This document shows positions 1-10,073 of a stretch of 64,000 bases of DNA, in pieces. A program made the position numbers and the translations under genes. The stretch's first letter is position 1. The number at the start of each line of letters is the position of its first letter. Source of the stretch: an archaeon (GTDB taxonomy: Archaea; SpSt-1190; DYHY01); contig JBBIPP010000010.1 in assembly GCA_037442745.1 (NCBI GenBank), forward strand, positions 49-64,048, written 5' to 3'. The notes beneath the pieces were generated by a model. That model did no database searches. It saw only the letters and a list, made by a program, of their open reading frames with translations, and was not told where the DNA came from.

Positions 1-99
1 AGGGTTTAAAAAGACCAAAAGAAGCCCCTTTGCTATTTCCCGAACTGTCGTTTTCCAAGGAAACCCTTTTATTTATCGGATTCACCTGATTTTGGACAA

Positions 100-1602
100 A
101 TGGCAATTAACGAGGATCTTCACTCCCTTGAAATAAGGGTTCTGAAAGCCCTTTCCAAAGCAGGTTCAGAAATCGGGACTGACGAGCTCTCAAAACTTGC
201 CGGAATTGCGAAAATTTCAGCAACAAGGACTGCCTACTTTCTTTCAACAAAAGGCTTGGCAACACTTGAGGAGAAAACCAATGTTCTCTTCAAAATAACT
301 GACGAGGGCCTCCAGGTATCAATTGACGGGCTTCCGGAAAAGCGCGTTCTCGCTTCAATTGCCCGAATCGGGAATTCCCAACTCTCGAAAATTCCGGCAA
401 TCTCCGGGATTGACGCCAAATTCGTCTCAATAACAATAGGCCACCTGAAGAAAGCTGCACTAGTCGAGATTCTGAAAATTGAAGGGGAAACAATTGTCTC
501 AATAACCCGTAGGGGGGAAGAGTTCCTGAAAATTAAGACTCCTGAAGAGGAGGCGCTCTCAAAGCTTTCGGGCGGGGAAGAACTCCCATTGCCGGAAGAC
601 GTTTCCGCCCTTCTTATCCACAGGAAATGGGCTGAGCTAGTTGAGAGGAAGAGCCATAGGGTGAAAATAACGGAAGTTGGTATTGCTCTTGTCGAATCCG
701 GCCTGAAGGAAAAGGAGAATTCCCTTACCCAAGAAATACTAAAATCTGGGAGATGGAGGGAGCTTGAGTTCCGCTCATATGATGTCTCAGCCCCGGTTCC
801 GGCGCCGGTTCCGGGCAAGCACCACCCCCTTCACTCAATAATTGACCGGATACGGAAAATCTTCCTCCAGATGGGGTTCACCGAAGAGAGAGGCCCCTTT
901 GTTGAATCTACTTTTTGGTGTTTTGACGCCCTTTTCCAGCCACAGGATCACCCAGCAAGGGATTTGGCTGACACTTTCTATCTCTCAAACCCGCGCGAAG
1001 CGAAGGTTCCCGCAGAACTGGTCCCGAAAGTGAAGGCTGCGCACGAGCACGGGATAATAGGGTCAAAGGGCTGGGGAGGAGCCTGGTCGGAAGCAGTCAC
1101 AAAGCAGCTTGTTCTCCGGACTCACACAACATCCGTTTCGGCAAGGAGCCTTGCGAAATACAAGCCACCCGCGAAGATTTTCACAATTGACAAAGTTTAT
1201 AGGAACGAGACTCTCGACTACAAGCACTTGGCCGAGCTCTACCAGGTTGAGGGAATTGTTTTCGACGAGAGCGCTAATTTCAGGAACCTCCTCGGTTATC
1301 TGAAGGAGTTCTATGTTTCCCAGATGGGATTCGAAAAAGTCAGGTTCCGCCCGGCATATTTCCCATATACCGAACTCTCGGTAGAGCCGGAAGTATTCAT
1401 TGAGGGCAAAGGGTGGCTGGAACTTGGGGGAGCCGGAATTTTCAGGCCGGAAGTTGTCCGGCCATTGACAGGCCTTGAATACCCCGTCCTTGCATGGGGC
1501 TTGGGGCTCGACCGCCTCGCAATGCTCAAGCTCGCGCAGACTGACGTCAGGGCGAACTACCAAAACGACCTTGCCTGGCTAAGGGAGGTAGTTTTGCCGT
1601 AA
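100..1602 (+). CDS. pheS: Phenylalanine--tRNA ligase alpha subunit (archaeal long form)
   Basis: FDALFQPQDHPARD, LRTHTT, YRNE, FPYTE and GLGLDRLAM motifs; N-terminal winged-helix extension. Confidence 0.97.
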   Translation: MAINEDLHSLEIRVLKALSKAGSEIGTDELSKLAGIAKISATRTAYFLSTKGLATLEEKTNVLFKITDEGLQVSIDGLPEKRVLASIARIGNSQLSKIPAISGIDAKFVSITIGHLKKAALVEILKIEGETIVSITRRGEEFLKIKTPEEEALSKLSGGEELPLPEDVSALLIHRKWAELVERKSHRVKITEVGIALVESGLKEKENSLTQEILKSGRWRELEFRSYDVSAPVPAPVPGKHHPLHSIIDRIRKIFLQMGFTEERGPFVESTFWCFDALFQPQDHPARDLADTFYLSNPREAKVPAELVPKVKAAHEHGIIGSKGWGGAWSEAVTKQLVLRTHTTSVSARSLAKYKPPAKIFTIDKVYRNETLDYKHLAELYQVEGIVFDESANFRNLLGYLKEFYVSQMGFEKVRFRPAYFPYTELSVEPEVFIEGKGWLELGGAGIFRPEVVRPLTGLEYPVLAWGLGLDRLAMLKLAQTDVRANYQNDLAWLREVVLP

Positions 1603-1603
1603 A

Positions 1604-3229
1604 ATGATAACCGAATTTTCGCTCTTTGACCTGATGAGATTAATTGGCAACCCGGACGTTTCGAAAGGGGAGATTCAGGACCTGTTCGCAATGTACGGAT
1701 GTCCCCCAGACCCGCCAGAGGGGGACACACTGAGAATAGAGGTCTTTCCGAATAGGCCAGACATGCTAATGGTCGAAGGCGCTGCCCGGGCGCTCAAGGG
1801 AATCCTTGGAATTGAAAAGGGGCTCAGGGTCTTCTCCCCTTCTCCTGCTGTCAATTTCGTCAAAATCGACCCTTCGGTGAAAGCTGTCCGGCCCAATTCC
1901 TCGTTCGCAATAATAAGGAACGTCGTTTTGGACGAGCAGACTGTTGCCTCAATTATGCAGATACAGGAAAAGCTCCACCAGACGCACGGGAGAAAGCGCA
2001 GAAAGGTAGCAATCGGCATACACGACCTTGACAAAATAAAGTTCCCGATAACATATTCGGCGGTCGAGCCCGACAAGGTTTCATTCATCCCCTTGGAAGG
2101 GGAATTTGCTCTGACTTGCAGGCAGATTCTCGAGCGCCACCCGAAAGGGAAAGAGTACGCCCACCTTCTTGAAGGGGCGAAATATTATCCCCTGATTTTC
2201 GACTCGAATGGAACTGTTCTTTCAATGCCCCCGATAATCAACGGGAACGCGACAAGGGTGACTCCGCATACGCGGAACCTCCTGATTGACGTGACAGGAA
2301 CTGACGAGGAAGCTGTTGAGAAGGCGTGCACAATAATAGCGTCCGGCCTTTCAGAAAGAGGGGCGACAATAGAGCTTGTCCATACGGGAGAAAAGGTGAC
2401 TCCCATCCTCTCGCCTTCGAAAATGAAATTCTCAGCAGGCTATTGCAGGAGGCTTTTGGGCGAAGACCTGTCGAATTCCGAAATTGTTGAAGCTCTCCTA
2501 AGGATGCGCTTTCTCGCGGAGGAAATAGATTCTGACACAATTGAGGTGACAGTTCCCGCATACAGAACCGACATTCTCCACCAGTTCGACCTTGTTGAGG
2601 AAACTGCAATTGGCCACGGCTATGGGAATTTCGAGCCAATAATTCCTTCCCTTCCGACAATCGGCCGGGAGCACCCGGTGATTATGAAATCGAACAAGGC
2701 AAAGGATGTCATGATAGGCCTCGGCTATCAGGAGGTATATACCTTCGCAATGACCTCTCCCGGCAAGCTATTCTCCAAAATGAACGAGGCGGGGAGGGAA
2801 ATCGCGTCGGTCTCTAATCCAAAGACGGAGGATTTCACAATACTTAGGGACGAGCTAATTCCCTCGCTAATTGCGCTTCTTGAAATTAACAAGCACAACA
2901 CATATCCCCAGAAAATTTTCGAGGCGGGAGATGTCGTTGTCCTCGATTCCGGAGCTGATGTCTTCTGCAGGACTGAAAGAAGAATTGCGGCAGCCTTCTC
3001 TGGCGGGACGTTCGAGGCAACGAAAGGGCATTTCGTCTATCTCCTGAAGCAGTTGGGGGTTGAGAATCCGGAGTTCGTCCCCTCAGAGCGCTCAAGCTTC
3101 CTTCCGGGGAGGCAGGCATGTGTTGTTTCCGGAGGAAGGGAAATAGGGATAATAGGCGAATTGCATCCCCGGGCCCTGATAAACCACGGAATTGATACCC
3201 CGACAGTCTGCTTCGAAGCCACTATTTAA
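1604..3229 (+). CDS. pheT: Phenylalanine--tRNA ligase beta subunit
   Basis: PNRPDML, QEKLH..GRKRRKVAIGIHD, YRTDILH..DLVEE motifs; directly follows pheS. Confidence 0.96.
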   Translation: MITEFSLFDLMRLIGNPDVSKGEIQDLFAMYGCPPDPPEGDTLRIEVFPNRPDMLMVEGAARALKGILGIEKGLRVFSPSPAVNFVKIDPSVKAVRPNSSFAIIRNVVLDEQTVASIMQIQEKLHQTHGRKRRKVAIGIHDLDKIKFPITYSAVEPDKVSFIPLEGEFALTCRQILERHPKGKEYAHLLEGAKYYPLIFDSNGTVLSMPPIINGNATRVTPHTRNLLIDVTGTDEEAVEKACTIIASGLSERGATIELVHTGEKVTPILSPSKMKFSAGYCRRLLGEDLSNSEIVEALLRMRFLAEEIDSDTIEVTVPAYRTDILHQFDLVEETAIGHGYGNFEPIIPSLPTIGREHPVIMKSNKAKDVMIGLGYQEVYTFAMTSPGKLFSKMNEAGREIASVSNPKTEDFTILRDELIPSLIALLEINKHNTYPQKIFEAGDVVVLDSGADVFCRTERRIAAAFSGGTFEATKGHFVYLLKQLGVENPEFVPSERSSFLPGRQACVVSGGREIGIIGELHPRALINHGIDTPTVCFEATI

Positions 3230-3284
3230 TGGTTAATTATTAGAAAAGTATATAAACCACCGGTCAGTTGGGAATCTTCGCAAA

Positions 3285-4535
3285 ATGGTAAATTGGAAAA
3301 CAATTGGAAAATTTGGAATGCTTGCGATAAGTCTCGCTGCAAATAGCGGGGCTGCGTTCCTTGCAGACACGCAAGAAGCAAAGGCTGCGCCTAACGAAGC
3401 GCCCCTCAATTGCCAGTTCGGAGGAACGGGAACTGTAGACTGCTACACTGCCACAGGTCAGATTGTGAACAACTACGGAATAACTTATACTGCAGCGGAC
3501 GGCCTTGAAGCCTATTTCGCTATCGGATCGGATCTCATTCCAATATCCCAGAACTTTTTCATTGCTGATTATGCGGGAGAGGACGGAATAACACCCGGAG
3601 AAGTTGTTGTTCTACCTACAGTCGATTTGACTCCCTACAACCTCTATGCAGGAACCCAAGTTTTCCTGATGATAGAGGAAGATTATTCGCCGGACACTTA
3701 TGAGGCAGTCAAGATTGGGACAATCCCGGCAAACTGCAATCCGACATTCACCCCGACGGCAACACTTACTCCGACAGCAACCAAGACGCCCTTCCAAGGC
3801 CAGGCAAGCTTTGAAGCGTCCGCATCCGTTGACTGCTCAAATTCTGCGGGATCAATAACGAACACCGGGAACATTGCATATACCGGCCAGCCGACAGCAA
3901 ACTTTTACTGGGCGGTCGGTCCTAACAAGAACAGCTTGACTCCGGTAACCTCGCCCATGAGCATTCTTTCCCTTGACAACAACGGAAGCATTGATGCTGG
4001 CGAGACAGTGTTCTCCGATGGCCCAGATTATTCCGCTCTTATGCAGTACGGGGGACAGAACCTTTACTTTGTTGTTGACAAGCCCCATTTCAACGGGAAC
4101 ACCGACCCTATTGTGGAAAGCGCAGGGCAGATTCCGACGGATTGCTGGCCCACAATAACTCCGACATTCACACCGACACGGACACCGACTCTGACTTTCA
4201 CACCGACAGAAACCCAAACACCAACAATAACCTACACACCGACAGAAACCCCGACAGGGCCTTATTTCACGCCCACGCCCTCAGAAACCCAAACACCAAC
4301 AATAACCTACACACCGACAATAACAAACACTCCGAACTGGCCAACCTTGACACCGGGAAGCCCGACAGCGACAGCAGTCTCCCTTACAGCAACCCCGAAC
4401 CAAGGGGGAGGGAATTATAATGAGGATTCCGGAAACGGATATCTCTGGCTTGTCGGTGCGGCAAGTCTCGGATTGGGATATTCTGCCTACCGGCTTATCA
4501 ACAACGGAAAGGGACTTGACGGAACAAGGCCTTAG
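3285..4535 (+). CDS. Secreted Thr/Pro-rich cell-surface protein with C-terminal membrane anchor
   Basis: N-terminal signal-like segment, paired Cys, long (TP)n linker, C-terminal hydrophobic helix (YLWLVGAASLGLGYSAY). Confidence 0.75.
   Translation: MVNWKTIGKFGMLAISLAANSGAAFLADTQEAKAAPNEAPLNCQFGGTGTVDCYTATGQIVNNYGITYTAADGLEAYFAIGSDLIPISQNFFIADYAGEDGITPGEVVVLPTVDLTPYNLYAGTQVFLMIEEDYSPDTYEAVKIGTIPANCNPTFTPTATLTPTATKTPFQGQASFEASASVDCSNSAGSITNTGNIAYTGQPTANFYWAVGPNKNSLTPVTSPMSILSLDNNGSIDAGETVFSDGPDYSALMQYGGQNLYFVVDKPHFNGNTDPIVESAGQIPTDCWPTITPTFTPTRTPTLTFTPTETQTPTITYTPTETPTGPYFTPTPSETQTPTITYTPTITNTPNWPTLTPGSPTATAVSLTATPNQGGGNYNEDSGNGYLWLVGAASLGLGYSAYRLINNGKGLDGTRP
4207..4319 (+). repeat. 38-bp intragenic direct repeat (75-bp period) encoding ETQTPTITYTPT
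   Basis: cagaaacccaaacaccaacaataacctacacaccgaca at 4207 and 4282. Confidence 0.9.
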
Positions 4536-4583
4536 GTAACCAATTCACCGGAAAAAAATGACAAAGGAGGACTGGCAAGTATA

Positions 4584-5975
4584 ATGAAAAAAAGGATGCT
4601 TATTCCGCTCTTGTTTCTCGCAGCGGCAAGCGCTTCCTGCGTCCTTCCTTCCCTTGCCACGAATCCGAGCGCCCCTGATGCGACCTCCCTTCCGGAAGAA
4701 GGAACCTCCTTTCCCTGGCAGGGTAACCCGGTCGCAGTTCTCCCTACGAGCACCCCCTTTCCTACAAACACCCCAATCCCAACATCAACCCCCGTCCCAA
4801 CAGAAGCGGAAAAGTTCGTCTCTAACTATGGCCAGGCATCTTATGACGCTTTCCTTTCGGGAGCGTCCGGCCTCTCCCCTGCGCTGGTTGACGATGTCCT
4901 TGGAATATACAATTTGTCCGCCCCAACTTTCAACGACGCAAGGGAATCATATGGATTCCCCCTAGATTCCGCCTTTTCAGAACTCTTGCGGACTGAAGAC
5001 ATCTTAAGGCTAATTGAGAACTACAAGGCAATAGGCTTCAAGCACGGGCCGGAGCTTGCATCAAACTATGTTGACCAGGCCCTCGCCCTCTACGGAGCGA
5101 ATCCTCTGGAAGAGCAGATTGTTTTTCTGAACGGAGGGCAATGGACCAACGGCAACCCCCCCCCGGCCCGGGCTTTTCTTGATTATTTCAACAACGAAAT
5201 GCTTCAAAGGCATTCCCAAGACGACATAACAACGTTCGATCTCTCGGGAAACCCCCCTAGCGAAGCATCTTATTCCTCCTATATTGAAGGCCTCGTAGCT
5301 ACGGCGGAAAAGGGCATTCCTTCCGCGCCTTCGATTTCGGGCCTCGGGCCCTCGGAAACACTCTCCCAGATAGCCGGAATTGTCGCAGGAAACGATTTCG
5401 TTGACATTACACTTAATCTCCACGGATATACCGAGAGCTTTGTTCTTTCAGGGGACGCAAACCCAGCCCTAGCCCAGACAACTTTCCAGAAACTCGCCGG
5501 CGCAATTGTTGAAGGTTATTCTCAAGGGAACGGCGGATTGGACAGGCTAGTAGTCCGTCTGAACGAATGCGGTGGGAACACCTCAGTCCAGAATTTCGCG
5601 ACTTCCCTCTATTCCGCTTTCCGGAATGCGGGGGTTGGTGGCGAGTCCTTTCCCCAGATTTACATACAGATTTCAAACGATTCCCCATTTGGTCTGACAG
5701 ATCTCGGGGCATATTCTTTCGGCCAGATTGAGAACTGGCAGAGCGCCCCGGGAATAACTGACTTCAACTGGCCGGAAATAAACTCAAGAGGGTCCGCAAA
5801 CATCTATTCCGCAGGGAGCGTCCTAGTTTCCCAGCCGACCGATTTCCCCGAGAAATCAATTGACCTGAACGTCCAGACTTACCAATTGACGTATGAAGGG
5901 GCCTTGCAGAAAGTTCCGACAGAATCCCAAGTCCTCCTCTCCCCGGCATATGTCGGAAGCTATGCGAATCCTTGA
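4584..5975 (+). CDS. Putative lipoprotein with Pro/Thr-rich linker
   Basis: MKKR + hydrophobic stretch + ASASC lipobox-like Cys, followed by PTSTPFPTNTPIPTSTP. Confidence 0.7.
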   Translation: MKKRMLIPLLFLAAASASCVLPSLATNPSAPDATSLPEEGTSFPWQGNPVAVLPTSTPFPTNTPIPTSTPVPTEAEKFVSNYGQASYDAFLSGASGLSPALVDDVLGIYNLSAPTFNDARESYGFPLDSAFSELLRTEDILRLIENYKAIGFKHGPELASNYVDQALALYGANPLEEQIVFLNGGQWTNGNPPPARAFLDYFNNEMLQRHSQDDITTFDLSGNPPSEASYSSYIEGLVATAEKGIPSAPSISGLGPSETLSQIAGIVAGNDFVDITLNLHGYTESFVLSGDANPALAQTTFQKLAGAIVEGYSQGNGGLDRLVVRLNECGGNTSVQNFATSLYSAFRNAGVGGESFPQIYIQISNDSPFGLTDLGAYSFGQIENWQSAPGITDFNWPEINSRGSANIYSAGSVLVSQPTDFPEKSIDLNVQTYQLTYEGALQKVPTESQVLLSPAYVGSYANP

Positions 5976-6017
5976 GGCAAAGAAATCTTTTTATAAGGGA
6001 ATTTCATCCATTTCTCA

Positions 6018-6893
6018 ATGGGAGCCTTCAACAACAAGGGAATTCTTTTCGCCCTCGGAACTGCGCTGGTCAGCGGAGTCTCAATCTACCTGAACAAATT
6101 CGCTGTCGGCCAGACCGACCCAGTCCTCTTTTCGTTCCTGAAGAATCTCCTTGTCGCAATTGTCCTCGGAGCGTTCCTTGTCAAAATTTCGGATGTCAAA
6201 AAAGCTTTCTCGAAAAAAACCTCCCTTCCCTTGGGATATATTTCCCTGTTTTCGGGTGGAACTGCCTTCCTCCTCTTCTTCCTCGGCCTGAAGGAGACTT
6301 CTGCCGTTTCAGCGAACTTTTTCCACAAGTCAATGTTCCTAGGAGTCTTCGCGCTCTCAATTTTCCTTTTGAAGAGGAATGTTTCCCTGAAGAATTCCCT
6401 AATTTCTGGCGCAATACTCCTCGGAAATTTCCTTTTCTGGAAAGTTGCAAAAATCTCCCTTAACTACGGGGATTTCCTAGTTCTCGGGGCTACTCTTCTT
6501 TGGGCTGGGGAAGCAGTTATTGTCGAAAAATTCCTCTCGAAAATTCCGGCAAAGACCCTCTCCCTTGTCAGGTTCGCAGGAGGCCTCCCAGTTCTCCTCC
6601 TATTCCTCCTCTTCGGAAAGAAGACAGACTGGTCAATTGCTTTCAATTCCTTCCAATGGACGCTCGGCCTTGCGGGAGTTCTCCTTCTTTATTCCCTCTT
6701 GTATTTCTCCGCCCTGAAAGAATCGGGGGCCTTTGCAACAACAGCAGTCCTTTCAGCCTCCCCGCTAGTTACCTATGCCCTATCCTCCGGGCTCTCGTTC
6801 CCAACAATTTCCCAAGGTGTTGGCGCGGGAATAATTGTCGGAGCGCTCTTCTATTTCCTCCTTTCGGAAAGAAGAGCTGTCGCATCTTCCTGA
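6018..6893 (+). CDS. EamA/DMT family transporter
   Basis: About 10 hydrophobic segments in 291 aa with two-repeat DMT architecture. Confidence 0.85.
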   Translation: MGAFNNKGILFALGTALVSGVSIYLNKFAVGQTDPVLFSFLKNLLVAIVLGAFLVKISDVKKAFSKKTSLPLGYISLFSGGTAFLLFFLGLKETSAVSANFFHKSMFLGVFALSIFLLKRNVSLKNSLISGAILLGNFLFWKVAKISLNYGDFLVLGATLLWAGEAVIVEKFLSKIPAKTLSLVRFAGGLPVLLLFLLFGKKTDWSIAFNSFQWTLGLAGVLLLYSLLYFSALKESGAFATTAVLSASPLVTYALSSGLSFPTISQGVGAGIIVGALFYFLLSERRAVASS

Positions 6894-6894
6894 A

Positions 6895-7596
6895 ATGCCA
6901 GAGGGCGGAATTGCCCTAGCTTCCCGCTACGGATATATCACTAACAGCCTCGGCTATTGCGGGCCAAAGGAGACAGGGCGCGACCTCTACAATTCAGTAA
7001 TTGGAAAAGACCCTATGCCGGCGAAAAAGTCCCTTGAGAATTTCGAGGCGCTATATCCCTATCTTTCCCTGATTGCCGAAAAAAATGGTCTCGAGCCATT
7101 TGACGAAAAAGTTGTCCGGGCGCATTTCACCGGCTCTTCTCTTCTGTCAGGGAACTGGCAGGAGGGAATTTCCTCTCTAATAAGAAACACTTTTTCAAAA
7201 AGGGGGCTTCCGGAGAAATTGGCCGAATGCCTCGCCTCTTCCGTCCCGAAAAATGCGGTCCCCCACCATTCTTTCCACGTCCTTTTCATCCACACAATAA
7301 CTGGCCGGGTCCCAAAGACAATTGAGACTGAGAACAATTGCCTAATAACTCCTGCGAAATTCCTCGGAGGAAATTCGGTTGAGAGGAAATTCATCCTCCC
7401 TTCCGGGAAATTCTCAAGGCCGGAAAAGGAAACTGCCACAATTGACGAGAAATTCCTCGGAAGGTCGCCTGAGAAAGGTGAATATCTGGCCCTTCACTGG
7501 GGCTATTCCGCAGAAATTCTCACAAAAGCCCATGCAAAAACTCTGGAGAAATTCAACAGGAAGAACCTTTCCGCAGTCCTTTCGGGCAGGCAATAA
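6895..7596 (+). CDS. DUF6390-like protein (Cys/His-rich; C-terminal part HypC-like)
   Basis: NSLGYCGP, FEALYPYL..IA, PHHSFHV, NNCLI and ALHWG motifs; ATG 1 nt after the EamA stop. Confidence 0.7.
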   Translation: MPEGGIALASRYGYITNSLGYCGPKETGRDLYNSVIGKDPMPAKKSLENFEALYPYLSLIAEKNGLEPFDEKVVRAHFTGSSLLSGNWQEGISSLIRNTFSKRGLPEKLAECLASSVPKNAVPHHSFHVLFIHTITGRVPKTIETENNCLITPAKFLGGNSVERKFILPSGKFSRPEKETATIDEKFLGRSPEKGEYLALHWGYSAEILTKAHAKTLEKFNRKNLSAVLSGRQ

Positions 7597-7622
7597 TTTC
7601 CAATTATTAAATATATTTTTAA

Positions 7623-8504
7623 ATGAGTAACCCCTTATTTGTGAGGAAAATGGCAAATAGAGACTACATCAACATCTCGGAGACTCAGGAACTCCCTTAT
7701 TTCTTCAGGGAGAATGTCCTCGGCAATTCCGAGAAAATCCTCCTGGTTTCGGGGGTCAATTCCTCCCCGGGCGCCCTCGCCCGCCTTGCCGAAGAGTCGA
7801 GGAACTCTGGAAGTAAGTATTCGAAAATCTACGTACTTGGAAACCTCTTCAGCCCAAGGGGAGGCTTAAAGCCAAGCGGATCCAATGTATCGAGGGACGA
7901 GCTCGTCCTTATGACTCTTGCCATGGCTGACGCTATTATAATTCCGGGCAGTAATGATCTTGCGTGGACGAGTAACTTTTCGAAAGAAGGCATCAGTCTC
8001 CTCAAATCCTTTTCAGGAAACTATTCAGCCTCCCCGACAAAAGAAACCAGGTGCTATTTCGCAAGCCCGGGCGATGGGCCGGATTCGAGAAATGTTCCGA
8101 CAGTCCCTCTCGACTGCATTGGCAATAGGTTATGCGACATCGAAAGGCTTTCCGAAGGGGTAGAGTACAGGTATGTCACAGTTGAGGATGCTCTTGAAAA
8201 TGCTAGGAAAGAAGGCATCTCCGCAGTTTTCACTGGCGCGTCAATATATTCCCCCGAGTTCAGGTATTCCGGAACTCCCGGGAAAGGGAGCAGAGAAGTA
8301 AATGGACCTCTCTCGGAAAAGAAACCTTTGAAACTGCCATTGAACCCGGAAACTCCTCTCTTAGCCGAAATCCCGAAACTCGCTACAGCGAAATACAACG
8401 GCCTTGGATCCTACGGAGTCCTTGTTGCGCCCGGTGGAATGGCGAAGATGCTGGAAATAGTGTCTTTCAAGCCAGTTTTCGTTTCTGAGCGGAGCTTTGG
8501 CTGA
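7623..8504 (+). CDS. Degenerate calcineurin-like metallophosphoesterase-fold protein
   Basis: LLVSGVNS / YVLGNLF / IPGSND / VFTGAS occupy the positions of DxH / GD / GNHD / GHTH but lack the metal ligands. Confidence 0.5.
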   Translation: MSNPLFVRKMANRDYINISETQELPYFFRENVLGNSEKILLVSGVNSSPGALARLAEESRNSGSKYSKIYVLGNLFSPRGGLKPSGSNVSRDELVLMTLAMADAIIIPGSNDLAWTSNFSKEGISLLKSFSGNYSASPTKETRCYFASPGDGPDSRNVPTVPLDCIGNRLCDIERLSEGVEYRYVTVEDALENARKEGISAVFTGASIYSPEFRYSGTPGKGSREVNGPLSEKKPLKLPLNPETPLLAEIPKLATAKYNGLGSYGVLVAPGGMAKMLEIVSFKPVFVSERSFG

Positions 8505-8505
8505 A

Positions 8506-9840
8506 TCATCCCGAAGATAGCAATTTCCCGACAAGTTCTTCGGCCGGCTTGTTCCTCAGGGACGGCGAAATGCGTATCTTTGCAGGAACCTGCGGGTCAA
8601 CCGCGTCGTCCAACAAGAACGAGCCAAAAATAAATCTCCCACTGTTTTCCTTGCCTTCAAGGCCTTTGAGAAACGCCCGGTGTTGGTCGGCCTGATTGTA
8701 ATAATCCTTCACTGCTCAGGATGTTTTCTGGTCGAGTATGTCGCAGAATTCGATAATTCCCAGATTCGAGGAATTCTTGTATGAGAAAGGCTGGAATAGG
8801 ACGGACACCTCTACCCCTTTTTCGAGCTCGGCGTCAATGTCTGAAAGCATCCTTCCATACGCTTCAGCCAGTCCCTCAAGGGAAATGTTCCCTGTCTTGT
8901 ATTTCCAGAAAAGGTAATGGATGTTCAATTGCAAAATGTTCGCTTCCCTGTAATAGTCATATTCCCCATAATCCTCGTATTCAGTGTTTTTGGTATCCGA
9001 GAGGAAAGCTTCGGCGTTGAGGATTACCGCAATTTTTCCCTTGAATTTCCAGCGGACATTCTTTATCAAATCATTCCAGAGGGAATTCGCCAGAGCCTCG
9101 TTGTTCATTAACTCTGGGCCAATCTAGGTCTGGGTTATCCCAATTATGTCGAAACCAGCTTCTTGAAGAGCCTCAGATTTTGCGAGAATCCTTTTTTTCC
9201 ACTTCAAGAAAAAGTCCCTCTTCCACTCGTCAGTTTTGTTGCGGTTGAACTCTGAATAGTCTTTCGCAACCGGAGTCAATATCCGAAGAGCCGATGTATT
9301 TTCCGATTTTGACAAAGGCGATGTTGTTCTGGTAGCCAATTTCAAGTCCCCTCAAATGAGCTTCCTTTGCGAGCTCATTTGGGCGATTTTTTGAAATCTT
9401 CTCGTCCCTAAAGTCGTTCCAAAAAGGGTCCCAATCAATCGAATAATCCGCCCCTGAGAAAGCTATGCCCTTGGCCCAATGGAAATCGTGGACATAGACT
9501 TCCTTTGCCTCGAGGGCAGCTACCATGTCAAAAGATGGGGCAACGTTTTTCCATGCGACCTAGGAAATCCGGAAATTGTAGTTCCTTCCCGATGTGTCTG
9601 CTATCTTGACTCAAATTTTTCCCGGGGAATATCTCGATATTTTGTAGTTTTCCATCTTAAACTCTAGGCACCAAGGGGCATTGGCTAGGGGCCTTTCGGC
9701 GGGCAGATTGCGAAGCGAACATTGTCGTTGCAATTGCGAGAATTATGCCAAGCCCCGCAACGGCGAAAAGAGGGAATTTCAGGAAAGGAGTGACAACCTT
9801 GCGCTTTTCAATTGTTTTTCCCCGCCCGCCTTTGCCAATG
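8506..9840 (-). pseudogene. Secreted GH113-like TIM-barrel glycoside hydrolase pseudogene
   Basis: ORF pieces 9230-9526, 9124-9345, 8716-9108 and 8506-8712 join across a frameshift and in-frame TAG (9124) and TGA (8716); WNDLIKNVRWKFKGKI and SLRNKPAEELV motifs; N-terminal TM remnant FPLFAVAGLGIILAI near 9720-9790. Confidence 0.6.
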
Positions 9841-9848
9841 AAGAAAAT

Positions 9849-10073
9849 TCACTCCTTGTGGCTGTTGTGCTCGCAGGCGGATGCAACTTTCAGCGTTTCG
9901 AGAGCTTCCTCTTCCTTCATTAACTGGACTGCCAAATTCGCGTGTATCAGCAAATAGTCCCCAACTTTCGCGTCCGGGACAAGGGTTATGTCAATTTCCC
10001 TTCCTCCGGAAACAATTGCTTTCGAATTCTCGGAATCTATTTTCTCGATTTTCTCAGGTATTGCAAGGCACAT
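9849..10073 (-). CDS. hypC: Hydrogenase maturation chaperone HypC
   Basis: MCLAIP N-terminus and VGDYLLIHA...EEEALETL. Confidence 0.95.
   Translation of the reverse strand: MCLAIPEKIEKIDSENSKAIVSGGREIDITLVPDAKVGDYLLIHANLAVQLMKEEEALETLKVASACEHNSHKE

Noticed and set aside
9680-9842. Apparent structured RNA (cattggc...gccaatg and ggcgggc...gcccgcc pairing)
   Set aside because: The minus strand reads as the signal/TM N-terminus of the GH113-like pseudogene, and no SRP or RNase P signature motifs are present.
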